Positions 26,753 to 39,178 of a DNA stretch of 64,000 nt are shown piece by piece (position 1 is the stretch's first letter; each line of letters begins with the position of its first letter). Source of the stretch: Nageia nagi (lineage: Eukaryota > Plantae > Pinophyta); the NCBI GenBank assembly GCA_050084985.1, contig JBITNC010000001.1, positions 180,978,001 to 181,042,000 of the forward strand. Reading direction: 5' to 3'. The notes under the pieces were generated by a model. The model did no database searches. It saw only the letters and a list, made by a program, of their open reading frames with translations, and had not been told where the DNA came from. Made by a program: the position numbers and the translations under genes.

Positions 26753-28597
26753 TTTTCTTGGTATACTTGTGAACATTTGCGAGTTTTTTCGACGATTACT
26801 TTTTGGAAAATTTGCGATTACTTGCTAAAAGGGGCAAAAAACTTGAGACAAGCATGAGTTACTCTTTTACTCTTGCTCGACACACAATTTGGTGAGAAAA
26901 CCGATTACTCATCAATTTAAACTGCATTGCTCTTGAAGAATACTTTAATGAAATTCCATATTTATATTGACTGTATACACAAACAAGCTCCATTAACCAT
27001 TATATATCATCTTGTCATCATTGTGCTATGCACCTATGCATGGTGGCTACCAATGGGAAGTTACATGGTGTGGAGATTATTTCTTTCACCATTAGTATGA
27101 TATTTTGGTTTTACAGATTATTTCACAATTTTTGTTTGCCCAATTTTTTTTCTTGTCCAATTATTTTTTTTTTGGTATTTTTGCCATTCTTCAACACTGC
27201 AACACTGCAAGCCCAATGCTTTTGTGTGGAATCCTCATGGTGTTTAATTATTGGAACCCCCTTTGCAATTCTTCAGTTATAATGTGAATGTGAATGTTTG
27301 TTGATTGTTCTATTCATGCTTACAACTTTTTTGTGCTATAAAAAATAGACAGGTTTGTGAGACTTACGAGATCTATGCTGTTTTGGAAGATGGAATATTA
27401 CGGCCAATGTTTGTGCAATAGATTATTGTTAATGTGATTGGTTCTCTGGATGCAATGTCAAATGGACATCATTTGTATAGGTTGTAGGCTTGTAGCTGAT
27501 GAATTTGCCAAAGAAATTGAAGAAAGGAAAGTACCATTTTGACATGGTTATATACTGCTGGAAAAATAATTTCTGATATATTGGGGCAAGTATCTCACAA
27601 ATCATTGAGAGTTTTGTGTAACTCAAAGACAACATTGAAAATCTCCTAATTTATTTTCTAGATCCGATTTTGGGCATGCCAATTTGTGGTTTGATTGTGA
27701 AGTTATGGCCATTTTAGCAGATGTATGTCAATATGCAATTCTTTTGTTAGAAGCAAATATGCAGCATTGATGAGCTTCAAAGCAGATATTATCTTGTTCA
27801 AATCCTTCATACGTTATGGAAGAGGGAAAAAATGTATTGCAAACACAGAGATTAGAAGTTTGCAGTTTCTTTGCTGTTTATGTGCAGATCTGTTGAGGAG
27901 GGAGGCAGCATAATCTCCAAATTCAGACCACTTGAAGCAGTGGAAACAAGATTCAGGGAATTTTCTTTTTGGGGATTGCATTTCCTTTTGGAGCACAAAT
28001 TGGTTCAAAAAGTGTTCCTTCCCAATAATCAAATTTCTTCTGTAGTCAAATATTTTTAGGACTTCGTGATAGACTAGGGGCATAATTTCACTTGCTAGGA
28101 ACTCCATCATAGCCCATATAGTAAGGGGTGAATTCAATTTATAAGGACAAAGGTTTGATTTGAATTATCTGACATATAATGTTATGGAGAGTTTTGGCAT
28201 AGGCAATTCAGAATGCATTAGAAAAGAAATTTAGCAGCAAGTATCAATATATAGCTATGTTATAACATTTCACTGATAAGCTTTATTATTGTTCATTGCC
28301 AATGGGTTGCCCAATTCTTGTAGAAATTTTCCTGGCATGTAATTAATCTCCCATTCTTTGTGTTTTATAATGAAGCAACTTAAAAAAAAATGTGGGCTCA
28401 TGAAGTGAGTTCCCTAGAAATCATTTTTGGGCCTGTTAAAAGTATATTGGCAAATTATTTACTTGTAAATATTACAATAATTGCTCTATGCTTTTTAGCA
28501 GACATTTTATTGCTAATTTTTTTCTATCATTATGTTTTTTCTTGGAATCTGTCTAATAACATACTTGCATATGTAACACTCCACTTATTGATTCCAG

Positions 28598-28786
28598 GCA
28601 AGGCTTATTGGTGGGAGAACAATTCCTTCCATGGTTACTACAGCTTCTGTAGTTGGGGGTCTGATGTGTCTTGAGGTTTACAAAATTTTGCAAGACAAGC
28701 CTTTGGAAGACTACAGGCATTCATATTTCAACTTAGCTCTTCCATTGTTTACATCTGCTCAACCTATCAAGGCTGTTGAGAATAAG
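28598..28786 (+). CDS. UBA1: Ubiquitin-activating enzyme E1 (UBA1-like), internal coding exon (end of the adenylation domain)
   Basis: Acceptor ttccag|GCA, donor AAG|gtaaat; 189 nt, phase 0/0. Translates ARLIGGRTIPSMVTTASVVGGLMCLEVYKILQDKPLEDYRHSYFNLALPLFTSAQPIKAVENK, matching the E1 motif AKLIAGRIIPAIATTT...GLVCLELYK...Y.N.F.NLALP. Confidence 0.92.
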
Positions 28787-29224
28787 GTAAATAATTTATG
28801 TTTTTTCCTACAGGTTTACTTCATTATCTTAGTCTTTGTTTCTTTTAGTTAAACCTTTCATTATGATGTTGAACTGTATGATTGATTTATAACGAAATGC
28901 TATTAAATGGGACTTAGCCCACACTTTAAATTTGTAAACATGTTGGCAAATTGTAGCATACACACCCTTTTTTATCTATTATGATCTATCAATTTTTCTA
29001 GCAACAGTCGCATCATGTTAATAGTTCTGAATCTAATCAGTCAGCTATGGTAGTGTTGGTATAATGACAATAGAGGATAATATGCTGTGAAGAGAGGTGT
29101 GTATAATTGCATTGATAAATCTGAATAATGCTTGTCCAGATGTGTTGTTCGAAGGTTGATAGATGCAATATGCATTGTGATAAGGCAAGTGTAGATGCGG
29201 GCAATTTTACTTTAGAAGTTATTA

Positions 29225-30340
29225 TGTACAAGGACTATTGGTGATGCTATGTTAAAATCATAGTTGTAAAAGCGTAATCGGGAAAAAAAAAATTGACAAA
29301 ATTGGTTACAAAATAGGAAACAGAAAAAATTAAGAAATACTCAAAAAATGGAAAAATGAAAAAATCGGGAATCAGGTAAAAATTTGCAAAAATCGGAAAT
29401 GTAAGATTCTGCTCCAGATCGGATTGCTTTTTGGGAATCAGAATCGGGATTTTTGAAGATTTTGATAACAGAGGTTAAAATGTGCCCTTGAACATAGTGA
29501 AACTACACTGCATATGTTTTAGTTGTCTTGAGATTCATATTTTCATGCTGTAGTTCATTGGAAATTTAATCCTTATTCTTTTCAATTTGTAACATTTAAT
29601 TTATATTTACAAAACACGAGATAAATTTTTTTTTTTTATGTATTTAATGCCATAAATTATGTTAAGATCTATCCGAGTGTAAGATGAAATGTATATAGAT
29701 GCTTTATACTGGCTATGGATGGATATACGTATTTGTAAATGGTTTCTTCCTGCTTTGATAGACTGACATTTGTACAAGTACTAGTGGTGATGCCTATGTT
29801 AAATGCATCCTTGTTGAACAGTGTGAAATTATATTACATATGTTTTACTTGTCTTGAATTTCATACTTTTGACAGCATAATTCATTTGACATTGAATTTA
29901 TTTTTATTGCATTTTGTAACATTTACTTTATATTTACAAAAAGCAAAATACATTTATATGTATTTAGTGCTGTCAATTGTGTTTAGATCTATCCGAGTTT
30001 AAGATGAAGTATATGTGATGCTAACTGGCTATGTTTGGATATTAAATAAAATTTTTCTTATTTTTGGGTGTTTTTGCTGGTTTGCTAGATCTACTTTTGT
30101 ACAAGGATCACTGGTGAAGTCTATGTTAAATGCCCTCTTGTTGAACATTATAAAATTACGTTTGCATATGTAGTTGTTTGGAGTTTCATTATCTTAGGCA
30201 GAATTGTTCCTTTGAAGTTGTATTTATTTTATTTGCAATCTGTGATATTAATTTGATATTTACAAAATGCATGATGCTTTTTTAATGTATTTAGTGCTTA
30301 GCTATCTACGAGTTTATACTTCACACTGGCTATGATTAGA
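29225..30340. repeat. Degenerate tandem repeat, about 325-bp unit x ~3
   Basis: Units start TGTACAAG…TGGTGA…CTATGTTAAA at about 29225, 29771 and 30098 and share ATATTTACAAAA, ATGTATTTA and CTGGCTATG blocks. Confidence 0.75.
29259..29473. mobile_element. hAT MITE (215 bp) inserted in the first tandem-repeat unit
   Basis: Perfect 8-bp TSD GTTAAAAT (29251-29258, 29474-29481); imperfect TIR CATAGTTGTAAAA/TTTGATAACAGAG; internal AATCGG repeats. Confidence 0.8.
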
Positions 30341-31315
30341 TATATTCATAGATTATTAATCTACGATAGAGAGAGGTCTATATAGCTTCAACCTATTTGA
30401 GTTTGAATGTTTGGCAATGGCTTTGATGCAACCTGAAACTAATGGATTATGAACCAACATGGACAAAGTTTGTAGATATGCTCATTGATAAATAAGATGT
30501 GGGTCATAAATCCTAAATTGAAAAGATAAATCAACTGCATATTGTCTATCAAAAAGGCTAAATGAATTTGTAAGAAATATTTAGCAAGACCCGTACGATT
30601 GGGTGGTAGTTCAGGAGGTAAGAATCTGCCAGTGTTGAAGTGGTACATATATGATGAGGCGATGTGCTTATCTTTTTTGGACTCTGTGGTGAATGCTTAT
30701 CACTCTGTTGTGTTGTAAAATACATATAGCTTATAGCTCAAGGGAAGTGTGAGAACAAAAAGTGGACAGTAAAGAAAAAGGAATCCAAATAATGGAGAAG
30801 TAAGATGTTCCTGTTTCAGTGGAAGAATACAAGAATGGAGTGTGAAGGTATTTTTGATGATGCTGAAGATCCAAGATCAACTAGTAGCTTCAAGAATCAG
30901 GAATCAAGGTGTGATTCCATGTCTAAAGCTAATATTCATTATTGAAAATTGTGTGGAGTGAATAAAAATAGACAAAAGAAGTCACAAGGAAAAGGAGCTT
31001 GTCCAGAATGAAGACTTCGAAAATGAACATAAGGAAGAAGAAAAACAAGAGGGGAAAAGGAAGACAAAAAGAAAGAGGAAAGGAAGAAGAAGAGGAAGAA
31101 GAGAAGGATGTATAAAAAGAACAAGAAGAAGATGAAGACTTAAAGAAGGAATCTAACACAATGGAGAAATTTGTTTTTGAGAGATCTTTTAATATGAGGA
31201 CTCATATAGTACTTCATCCTTTTTCTTGAGGGATAATTGTGAAAGATAAGTTGATTCTTCCATTGCTTACAAGGATTAGTGTGGCACATATGAAAATTCA
31301 TTGTATTATTCCTCT

Positions 31316-31862
31316 GAGTATTGTAAAATTTGGCCAAAAATCGGGATCAGCAGCCTAAATGATTTTTTTTGGCTGTCGTGGCAATTTTTTGTTCGATTTT
31401 GGCGATTCCCAATCTGATTTTTTTGCAAAAAATCGTAGGATTGGCTAGGGAGGGAAAAAGTTCAAATTTGGATTTTTTTTTTTTCACTTTTTGTTGCAAA
31501 CTTCAGCTGGGAGGAGCTAAGGGACTAAATTTAGTTCTTGAAGGGGTCTCGAAAATTTTTAAGTGTCATTTTTTGTAAAGAAGTCCTTTTGGAGTTGTGA
31601 ATAAAACCCATTGGACACTCTCATTAGGTTTCATTAAAATATTATCAGATGAGTCATTAGATATGCGTTGACTCTCGAGTCTCATGAGTCATATGATATG
31701 TTTTGACATTTTAGCATTTTGCTATGTTCTACTTCTTGTATCAGACTCTCATATTATATGTTTTGAGAGATAGCTAAAAATGATTTGTTTCAATATCAAA
31801 TTGTAAAAATCAGAATCCTTCAGCCAAACAATTCCGATCCGATTCCGAGTTTGACAACTTTG
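31316..31862. mobile_element. Degenerate MITE of the same AATCGG/CCGATT subterminal type
   Basis: Right end CCGATTCCGAGTTTGACAACTTTG; left end TATTGTAAAATTTGG…AATCGG. No clean TSD. Confidence 0.45.
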
Positions 31863-32498
31863 ATGGAGAGTTTTTTTAATTTGACTAGCAAAGATATGGA
31901 TACTATTCATGAGGTATGTTATAATGGTATTGGTTTTGAGGATCCGTACCTTCATTTTGTTGAGCATCCCATGAACCATGGGGACTCACAACACATCTAT
32001 CAATTAATTGTGATGTGTTATCCCTTGGGATTTGGTTGCTTCATTCACTTTTGTGGATGATATTGATGGTCTTTGTGATGAATCTCATGTCATAAATCGT
32101 AGTTAGGTTCCTTGTACAATTAAGGAGGATAGTTGTTAGGATAATTTTCCTTTGAATGATGAAGTGGAAGGCACAATTCTAGATTCTCATAATCACACAC
32201 CCTATGATGTGGTTCATGTTGATAAGAATATGGTTTCTAATGAAGCTCTTCATCCTAGTGTGCATTATCCCCTTGGTTGTGTTGAGTCACTTATAGCCTT
32301 TAAAGGAATATCTCCAGTTGATCCTAGTAATTGCTTGGTTTATGGATATGGTACTCTTTTAGATGAGAATCTTTTATTTAATATATATTTTGTTTTAGAA
32401 TTTTATTAGATCGAATTTCATAGACGAGTTTTTTCGTTCTCAAGATGAAGATACCTTCATTTGTGCAATGAACCTCCTTTGATTAATAAGCAATAATT

Positions 32499-33000
32499 TG
32501 TGATAAACCATAGATAAAGATAACATCCACAATACTGTACAAGAATATAATGAATTGCAAAATATGATAATGGGGAGCTTTGCCACTTTGAGGGGGAAAC
32601 CTCCAAATATAAATATGCGAATACAATTCTTGAGACTCAAATGACCACAACTACTCCCATTTATAACCATTTGAGGAAAGGAAATTACCCACATCTTGAG
32701 GAGGTTGACCTATACTTATTAAATAACCTGAAAAATGATTATTTGACTAAACAATGGACCATGTGCGCTATAATGGACCCAACCACACCCTGACAATGAC
32801 ATCATAGCGAAAAGATCCTGGGGCTGTAACATGCCTCCCATATTGAGCTAAGTGTTGCCCCCAATGCAATTGAAATCCGGATACTTTTGCATGAACTCTT
32901 CTCCTTCACATGAATCATCCTCTTCTAGCATACCCTTTCCATTTGATGAGGAATTCCTTGATGGCATGATTGTAAAATTGGTTGGTACGTGTCTCTACAA
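32499..33000 (-). mobile_element. 3' remnant of a Gypsy element (chromodomain, PPT, short LTR about 32499-32831)
   Basis: The minus strand reads IKEFLIKWKGY; a GGGAGGCA purine tract precedes TGTTACAGCCCC; the putative LTR ends in …CACA. Confidence 0.55.
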
Positions 33001-33019
33001 CGACGACTAAGCAGAATGC

Positions 33020-36000
33020 AAGTGCCTTTGTTTGATGGGAGCAACAAGATGACAACTAGGGTATAGCTACAGAAGTTGTTGACATATTTCACGTCAGCCC
33101 CATGATTGAGGAGGATGCCATATGATTTGCCACTCTATACCTGGATGTCATAGTGTATGAATGGTGGCAACATGGCATGATCATGCAGGGTCATGGAGCA
33201 ATCACCTCCTTTGACATGTTTAGCTGAAGGATGATGGATCGGTTTGATAGGAAGGATGATTATTTCAAGGACCCGACGAAAGTGAAGTAGAGAGGATTTG
33301 TGGAGGATTATGTGGCAGAAGTCCAATGAATTACAATGATGGTTCCTAGCATCTCAGAGAAGAGGGTCACTTTCCTCTTCATGGAAGGGTTGGCAGAGTC
33401 GTTGAAGGGTTTAGTTAAGGCTTTTCCCCCATGTAGCTACAAGATGCCATCAAGCGAGCATTGGACTTGGAGCCCAACATGATGATGGCTAAAATGGGCA
33501 TACCACATAGGATGGGAATGTCTAGGAGGGGACATTGGAGATGAGACCTCCACCTGCCAAGAGGAGCCAAACATCAGGTTAGAGCAAGACAAGCTTGGAG
33601 TCCAGGAACGAGTTAAGGAAGAATAACCTATGCTTTAGTTGCAAGTAGCCTTGCGAGCATGGCCACATATGTTTGGGCAAGGGACAAGTCCACTACATTG
33701 AGGTGATCTCAGAGGATGATGATTCATATTTGGTGCTAGGCTTGGGAGAATTGAGTTTGTAGCAAGAACATTCTACTCCAAACAGCAAGAACACAGTTGG
33801 AGGGATGATTGCATCACTTTGTGGGGTGCCCAAATACTTCATGTTGAAGGTCAAGGGAATGGTCGCCAATCAAGAAGTGATGGTATTGATAAATCCAGGA
33901 ACTAGGCACAACTTCATTGATGAGGAGTTTGTTAGAAAAAAGGGGCTCAAGAGCAAGGAGTTTGAGGGTTTCTGTGTGACCAACGCCAATGGGAAGCTCA
34001 CGCTAGTAGACAAAATGGTGGAAAAATTCGGTGTGAGGGTCCAAGACTATGTGGCTAGGAAGGACTTCTACGTCTACACCTTGGATTGCATTTTGCATTT
34101 GATTTTGGGAGTACAGTGGTTGTACAATTTGGGTGATATTCACTCAAATTATCAGAAATTGGTGATGAAATTTGAAGTTGAAGGGAAGGATTATACATTG
34201 TAAGGCATCAAGGACTACTTTCCCTAGGCCTCATCCAGTCGTTTGGAGGTGGTGCATGGAGATGGACAACTAGACTAGGAGGGCGTCTCACTTGCTAGGG
34301 AAGGATGCGTGGTGGTGTGCAGTGATGAGTGGCAAGATGGCAAGTGTCTGGGTTCAACAAAGGAAGGACATCAGGCATTGGGAGGCATAGAGAAGAATAA
34401 AGTGATGAAGTGGAAGCAATCAATTGCTGCCTTGAAGCATTCCATCCACCCTTTGGCTAAAAAAGGCCTTGATAAAAGGTATGACTCACATGATACATTT
34501 GCTTTGTTGATTTCTATCTATATTTTGAGCCTGGTTCATGATAGAGTTCGGAAAAGGATTGGAAACAATGAGGTGATCATAGTACCCTCAACGTCCACAC
34601 TGGAGAAGCTATGGCGCACATGCTTGGAATGCTTGGACGTTGCATCAATGGAGGTTTTGAAGATTGATGCTAACCTCCCTTTAGCACTTATTCCTTTGAA
34701 AGACAATTTGGACACTGGTAGGCTTGCGTGGTGGTGTGCATTGATGACTGGCAAGATGGCAAGTGTCTGGGTTCCTACGTTTTGACTACTGTAAGGACAT
34801 TGATGATCTTCTACAAGATTACTTGGAGAAACTTTCACAAAAGGAGTGGAGGCACTCGAGATGACGCCAATTTACGAAAAACATTTGGTAGTATTATAAT
34901 TGCTACGATTTGGGAGTCTCTTTGTCTAGTCTTGGGTGTTCCCTATCATCCCCCATGGGTTGCGTTGAAAGGGAGAATGACAACCTTATAGCCAGGAGGA
35001 GGCACTACATGAACGTTTGAGATAGGAGTTTAGTTTGAGGGCGGATGGACAAGGTCTCTTGCAGGCGTGGGTGAAGACCCAACATTGGCAATATTCCTGC
35101 CAAATGTTGACACACGTTTGAGTTTTGTGTGTGACTACTTGGGTGGTATAGGGATGGAGAGGGGTCGTTACTTTGCTTGCACTTTCAGCCTATGATCCGT
35201 CCGACATCAAAGCTAAGCAAGGGATACATGAATGGGTAGATTTCATATATGCTCATATGGGATCTAGACATGAGTTAGTAGATTTTCATTTCATATATGC
35301 TCATATGAAGAACATGATGAACGGAGATATGATGTAGATGGTACTTCAGAACTTAGTTACAACATGTATGGATCTTGATGTTGCCAATGATGTGTTGAAG
35401 ACTAACCTTTATCACCTTGTAGAGTTGATGGTATGCAATTATCTTGCATTGCTTGAGGTCAAGTAATTCGGAAAGGAAGGACTGTAATGTCCCCTTTCAA
35501 GGGATGTCCCCTTTAGGAGTACTTTTATAATTAAAAGTGCTTTTTTATTTATTGTATGTGTACTTAGGCATCATTGTGACTTAGGATAAGAGACATATGG
35601 GTCCCATAGACCAATTGTGAGCCCCAAGTGGGATTTCTCCCTCCTAAGGATAGATTAGGAGCATTTAAGTGAAGTATTATGGATCCCAAGGTGCAACACA
35701 TGATTAGAGGCTAGGTGCATGATTTGGAGTGATCTTGAGGCACAGTCCGAATGCGCAAGCATGATGTCACCTTGAGAGGTGTGTGAGTGCCAAACCTTGA
35801 GGGATTCCTATTTATGGGTCTAGCGTAGGGTTGACGAGACATCATTGAGTATATTTGACATCTTCTATCTTCAAAGTGGCAACGTCGTCTCTTGGGCCTT
35901 TCATTGGACGGAAACCTAGTGCAAAGAAGAGCATAGTGGGACATATCCCTCACTAGGCTATTGGTTGAGGATGCAAACCCTTAGTCCAATGAAGACTAAC

Positions 36001-36035
36001 CTAATCCATCAGATTGGTGTTGTTGGTCAGGATCG
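33020..36035 (+). mobile_element. 5'-truncated Gypsy element with gag and protease but no RT/INT; PPT and partial 3' LTR from 35483
   Basis: Gag (FATLYL…YEWWQHG…RFDRKD; FLFMEGL), knuckle LCFSCK*PCEHGHIC, protease VLINPGTRHNFID (33805-34203). GCTTGAGGTCAAG…GGAAAGGAAGGAC is followed by TGTAATGTCCCC. Confidence 0.75.
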
Positions 36036-36036
36036 G

Positions 36037-36475
36037 CACCAAGATAGTGCTTTAATTGTTCCAAACAAAAAAGATTCTGAATTGGACTCCATTCATTTGA
36101 CGGATGCAAAGGCTTGTCAAGAGATATTTTGCAATGGAGTTTTTGGTAAATTATGGTTCGGTTCTGGTATGTACTTATTTCTGCCCATTGAATTAGATAA
36201 AACCAGAGTTAATCAAAGTGTGCTCCCTATTGTTTGGAAATGCATTAGAGCAAGACTATTTAAGCTTCCTTTTGTTATTCTAGAAAAGGAGGATAACCTT
36301 AAGGACATTTTGGAAGAAGTTTTCTTAGGGCAATTCCATTACAATACAATGTAGGAAAATCAGAAACTATTTGTTTGGCAAGTGGTATTCAATGATTCAT
36401 GAAGCTGAGGACCCAAAGGTGGAACATCATAGTAGCTACTATGATTATTTTGTGAAAAGGTATGGAAAGGTAGTA
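36037..36475 (+). pseudogene. Captured Dicer-like 3 (platform/PAZ region) fragments
   Basis: Colinear motifs AKACQEIFCNGVFGKLWFGS, MYLFLPIE, IVWKCIRA, GKWYSMI and SSYYDYFVKRYGKV resemble plant DCL3 as I recall it (AK.FQ.FFFNG.FGKLFVGS, MYLLLP.E, I.W..I..C, TGRIYSI, Y.EYF.KKYGIV). Confidence 0.7.
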
Positions 36476-37820
36476 CTAGATGCTATTATTGAGGCCTGGG
36501 AGAAGGATTTGAGGAACAAGATTCTCACTGAATACTTGGTGCTGTGGAAAGGATTGTTAGACTCAGCTTTGCATTGCTTGTGGGCAAGCAGTTTGGGAGG
36601 GGTGGACTTGTAATGTTCCCTTTTGAGATTCCTTTTACTTGATTAGTATTAATAATTATTTTTATTTAAGTGAAGTGGGACACCCCTTTATTAAGTGTAA
36701 ATAAGTTTTTTAGAGGTAATAATATGTAAATAAATATTTTAATGTGGAATTATGAGCCCAAAAAGGGACACTTGGGTTTTGGAATCATTTATTTTAAGGG
36801 AGAAGTGCCTCATTGAGGGGGTTGTTGATGATTTTATTTCTTGAATTGTGGAGAGATAGGTTGGATCAACACATTTGCCCCTTCCCCTTTCTATGGATGA
36901 AAACCTGTAGAAGTAAGAACTAGAGGACTAAAACCCTTTGGTTCTCGAGAGCTAGAGGATGAAACCCTTTTGGTTTTCCATTGGTAGATCCAACTAGGAT
37001 TCACACTAAGTTTATTGATTGAGAGGTATGAAGATAGAAAATTAGAAATTGAGGGTTTGGATTAGATTTGAAATTGTGATCAGATTTGTAGAGATTGAAG
37101 ACCAGATCAGAGGGCTTTGGAGAATAGATCAAGGAATCAGAAGTTGGTGATTGTTTTGCCACAAAGATTTCAGATGCCCCATTTGCAAGGGCTAGAGAGC
37201 ATAATCTGGATGCCCATCTTTGAGAGTTTGCCTCTATATTTTCAAATGCCAGTACTGAGGGTTTGATATCATGTTTTCAGATGCCCAACCTTGAGGGTTC
37301 AACATTGAGGGGTTGTTCTTGAACGCCCTTCAACAAAGGTTTGATAGCATATTCTAAACACCCATCAGCAAGGGTGAGACTCCATATTCCAGGCCATCAC
37401 CAAAGGGTTTAAACAGCATCAGTCTCAGACGCGCAACATCTAGAGCTTGATTTGTATCATGATTTGGATTCATTACTATTCCAGGTTGTGATCTACTGTG
37501 TGTGTTGATGGTCTTGATCTACTATTTCATCAGTAAAACTAGGGTTTATATTGTGATCTATATTTCCATTTCTATCCTGGATCAAGGGTTTCCTAGTTGT
37601 ACTAGAATTCCTTTATATCAATAAAACTGGAGTTTGCTGATTGATCTATTAAGCTAGAGTTTTCAATATTTATTTTGATTTGCATATCTAGGGATCATAT
37701 TGACTGGGATCTACACATTTAGGGTTTGAATACTCTATGATCTGCAAATATTTAGGGTTTTGGGTTGAGTGTGATTTGTATACCTATGGTTTTATATTAT
37801 TTCCAGCAAAGTATATTACA
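36476..37820 (+). mobile_element. 3' end of a chromovirus-type element: chromodomain remnant, PPT and 3' LTR (36609-37820)
   Basis: EKDLRNKILTEYLVLWKGL; GGGAGGGGTGGACT followed by TGTAATGTTCCC…TATTACA; internal TTCAGATGCCC repeats. No matching 5' LTR found. Confidence 0.75.
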
Positions 37821-39058
37821 TGTCTCCACACTTTGACTATTAAGTTCAATGAAAAGCATCAAGGCAGTAGTAATCCAACCATGATCATGGCATTAGTATA
37901 CCATTGTATTGAAGAACAAAAACTATTCATAGACAACTCCAATTGAACACAAATAGCAATAATAAACAAGAAGATTTGCAAGGTGATGAAGAGCCTCTTT
38001 TATGGGCATGACTTGGATTAGGGTGAACGCAAGATGTGATAAATTATTTGATCAATTAGATTTTGGAAATTAAGTCATGTTCATATAGTTTCTAGAATTC
38101 AAAAGAGACTATAATTTCCAAGGATGAGCCAAGGGAATAAGTCAAGTTTGGCTTCGTTACACTGCAATCAGCGATAGTATGAACTTAGTCTAATAAAAAA
38201 CCTTGAAATACATCCAGTGAAATATTCAAATGAATAATCCAAAAGGAAAGATTCAAGCAGTTGCATATGCTTTAAAACATTCTTTTTGATTGGGGTGCAC
38301 AGGAATCAGTGTGACATAGTGGTGTTAAATGTGTGTGACTTAGTGAAGGTTGTATCATTTTCTAACCGAAGCTTCTTTAGGTTAGAATTTAAGTAAATGA
38401 TGTACACAATACTGAAGATTATGATAATGACGTCCTATATTTGTAGATTGTTTACATTTTTTGTTACTCTTTATGTAAATTGTGTTTCTGTACAAAGTAC
38501 ATTATGCACAATAACATGAGACCATAAGAGAACGATATTGTTGATGTTGGTTATTCCAATTTGTATGACTTGGGCACATCATAATGGTTATCTCAATGGT
38601 ATGCAAACTTCAATTGAGCTTATACATTCCATAGGATTGGATAAGTTGGGATAGCAAAATGGAATAAAATTCACACAATTATCAACTCCTCTGAGAACAT
38701 TTAGAATTTTGTTGTGTGGATCACCCTAGAGTCAAAATGGAAAAATGTGCACTAGTTTATTTAACTTATGAAACATTAAAAAGATTTTATATAATTCAAA
38801 TCTTTTATGCATTGGTGTGGAGGGCTAATATATTTCTCTTTGAATTGCATGCCAAATAAACATGTTTCTTGCTATGTATCTTTCAATGTTGGAGTTCCGC
38901 AACCAAGTTTTCTGTTATATTTTTTTACTTTTAGACATAATATTAGTGATAAACACTAAAGTTTTTTGTGTTAGTCTTTGTTTAGAATCACTAGCATGCT
39001 CCATGTTAGAATGATAATATAGATTTTTCTTGTCTTTAACTTTTTTATGAATTGATAG

Positions 39059-39178
39059 GTTATAAGGGGCCAAAAGGAGCCTTTGGTATGGACACTATGG
39101 GACAAGTTTGAGATGGACTGTGTTGGGATGTCTTTGCAAGCATTTCTTGCTGAATTTAATAAGCAACATGGACTCGAG
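39059..39178 (+). CDS. UBA1: UBA1-like E1, penultimate coding exon (start of the ubiquitin-fold domain)
   Basis: Acceptor gatag|GTT; 120 nt, phase 0/0; VIRGQKEPLVWTLWDKFEMDCVGMSLQAFLAEFNKQHGLE (E1 WTLWDRF..MTL..FL..F...HGLE motif). The donor is the non-canonical GAG|gcaagc. Confidence 0.88.

Larger units (their letters stand above)
20703..26929. mobile_element. hAT MITE (about 426 bp of own sequence) split by a Gypsy insertion
   Basis: Degenerate TIR CATAGTAGTCAAACT…AATTTAAACTGCATTG; 8-bp TSD CTCTTGAG/CTCTTGAA. Confidence 0.65.
28787..39058 (+). other. GT-AG intron of the E1 gene (10,272 bp), TE-filled
   Basis: Defined by in-frame joining of the flanking exons (…VENK|VIRG…). Confidence 0.85.

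Noticed and set aside
27871-28059. Possible extra E1 exon after TTTATGTGCAG (SVEEGGSIISKFRPLEAVET)
   Set aside because: No similarity to the expected upstream E1 segment (DDD.N.H.DFI…N.RA.NY.I) and no convincing donor. The preceding exon is probably outside the window.
30900-31160. Purine-rich, E/K-coding-like low-complexity tract
   Set aside because: Interrupted by stops, with no splice context or domain; probably a decayed TE.
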